NCBI GenBank assembly: GCA_035353995.1
Contig: DAOQAL010000001.1
Coordinates: 308,104 to 372,103 of the forward strand
Direction: 5' to 3'
Origin: Minisyncoccota bacterium
GTDB lineage: Bacteria > Patescibacteriota > Minisyncoccia > Phycocordibacterales > UBA9973
Length of the DNA: 64,000 nt
A program made the position numbers and the translations under genes. The stretch's first letter is position 1. Each line of letters starts with the position of its first letter. Below the pieces are notes generated by a model. The model was not told the DNA's origin. It saw only the letters and a list, made by a program, of their open reading frames with translations, and searched no databases. Of the stretch, positions 63,943 through 64,000 are shown piece by piece.

Positions 63943-64000
63943 TTATTGTGATAGGTCTTTTGCTATTTTAACCATCTCTTTTTTACCATCAGCACTCAAT
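63943..64000 (-). CDS. 3' end of an unidentified CDS running off the right edge (...LSADGKKEMVKIAKDLSQ*)
   Basis: Open frame to the window edge with a TAA stop at 63943-63945. Confidence 0.3.
   Translation of the reverse strand, partial: LSADGKKEMVKIAKDLSQ

Noticed and set aside
1-64000. Alternative genetic code, such as the UGA to Gly recoding of Gracilibacteria and Absconditabacteria
   Set aside because: Long housekeeping ORFs (leuS, valS, ppsA, the 14.6-kb gene) are intact under the standard code and end at conventional stops, so no recoding is needed.

Overview
This 64-kb window is AT-rich, densely packed and read with the standard genetic code. Its gene content points to a reduced-genome, probably episymbiotic bacterium of the CPR/Patescibacteria type; that placement is inference. 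Most of it is housekeeping. Left edge: a partial dnaE N-terminus and rsmE. 1.0-6.1 kb: a pentose-phosphate/glycolysis block of gap, rpiB, rpe, a split tktN/tktC and a PfkB kinase. Further along the + strand: ychF, tsaC, an RlmI-like methyltransferase and leuS. 44.6-51.7 kb: lepA, an FtsB-like gene, a 2-hydroxyacid dehydrogenase, eno and ppsA. After a strand switch around 53.7 kb, the − strand carries hsp20, prsW, valS, tsaD, a nucleotidyltransferase, gpmA-like and NADAR genes. Four tRNAs are present: Gly-CCC, Arg-CCU, Phe-GAA and Val-GAC. The unusual part is a roughly 27-kb cell-surface locus. It starts with a 4856-aa giant protein anchored by an N-terminal transmembrane helix. That protein is built from near-identical tail-fibre-like repeats and Hep_Hag/YadA-head-like repeats. 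It also has a CBM-like module, a C-terminal S74-type intramolecular-chaperone domain and a terminal Ig-like (DUF5011-like) domain. Downstream of it come a Cys-rich secreted protein, two tandem mosaic paralogs with a WxL-like C-terminal module, a DUF916/DUF3324-like protein, a dockerin protein and two C-terminally anchored cohesin-like proteins. The locus ends with an O-antigen-ligase/TPR membrane protein, MurJ and an ABC exporter. Other surface genes are an LTD protein, a TSP1 plus peptidoglycan-binding protein, a CAP-domain protein and a membrane metzincin. LeuRS carries an inserted MutT-like Nudix domain. The right edge holds a candidate defence module of two overlapping genes with the HEPN-type RNQxAH motif (one membrane-anchored), a zinc-ribbon protein and a shared 28-nt 3' repeat. 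No rRNA, CRISPR array, transposase or integrase was seen.
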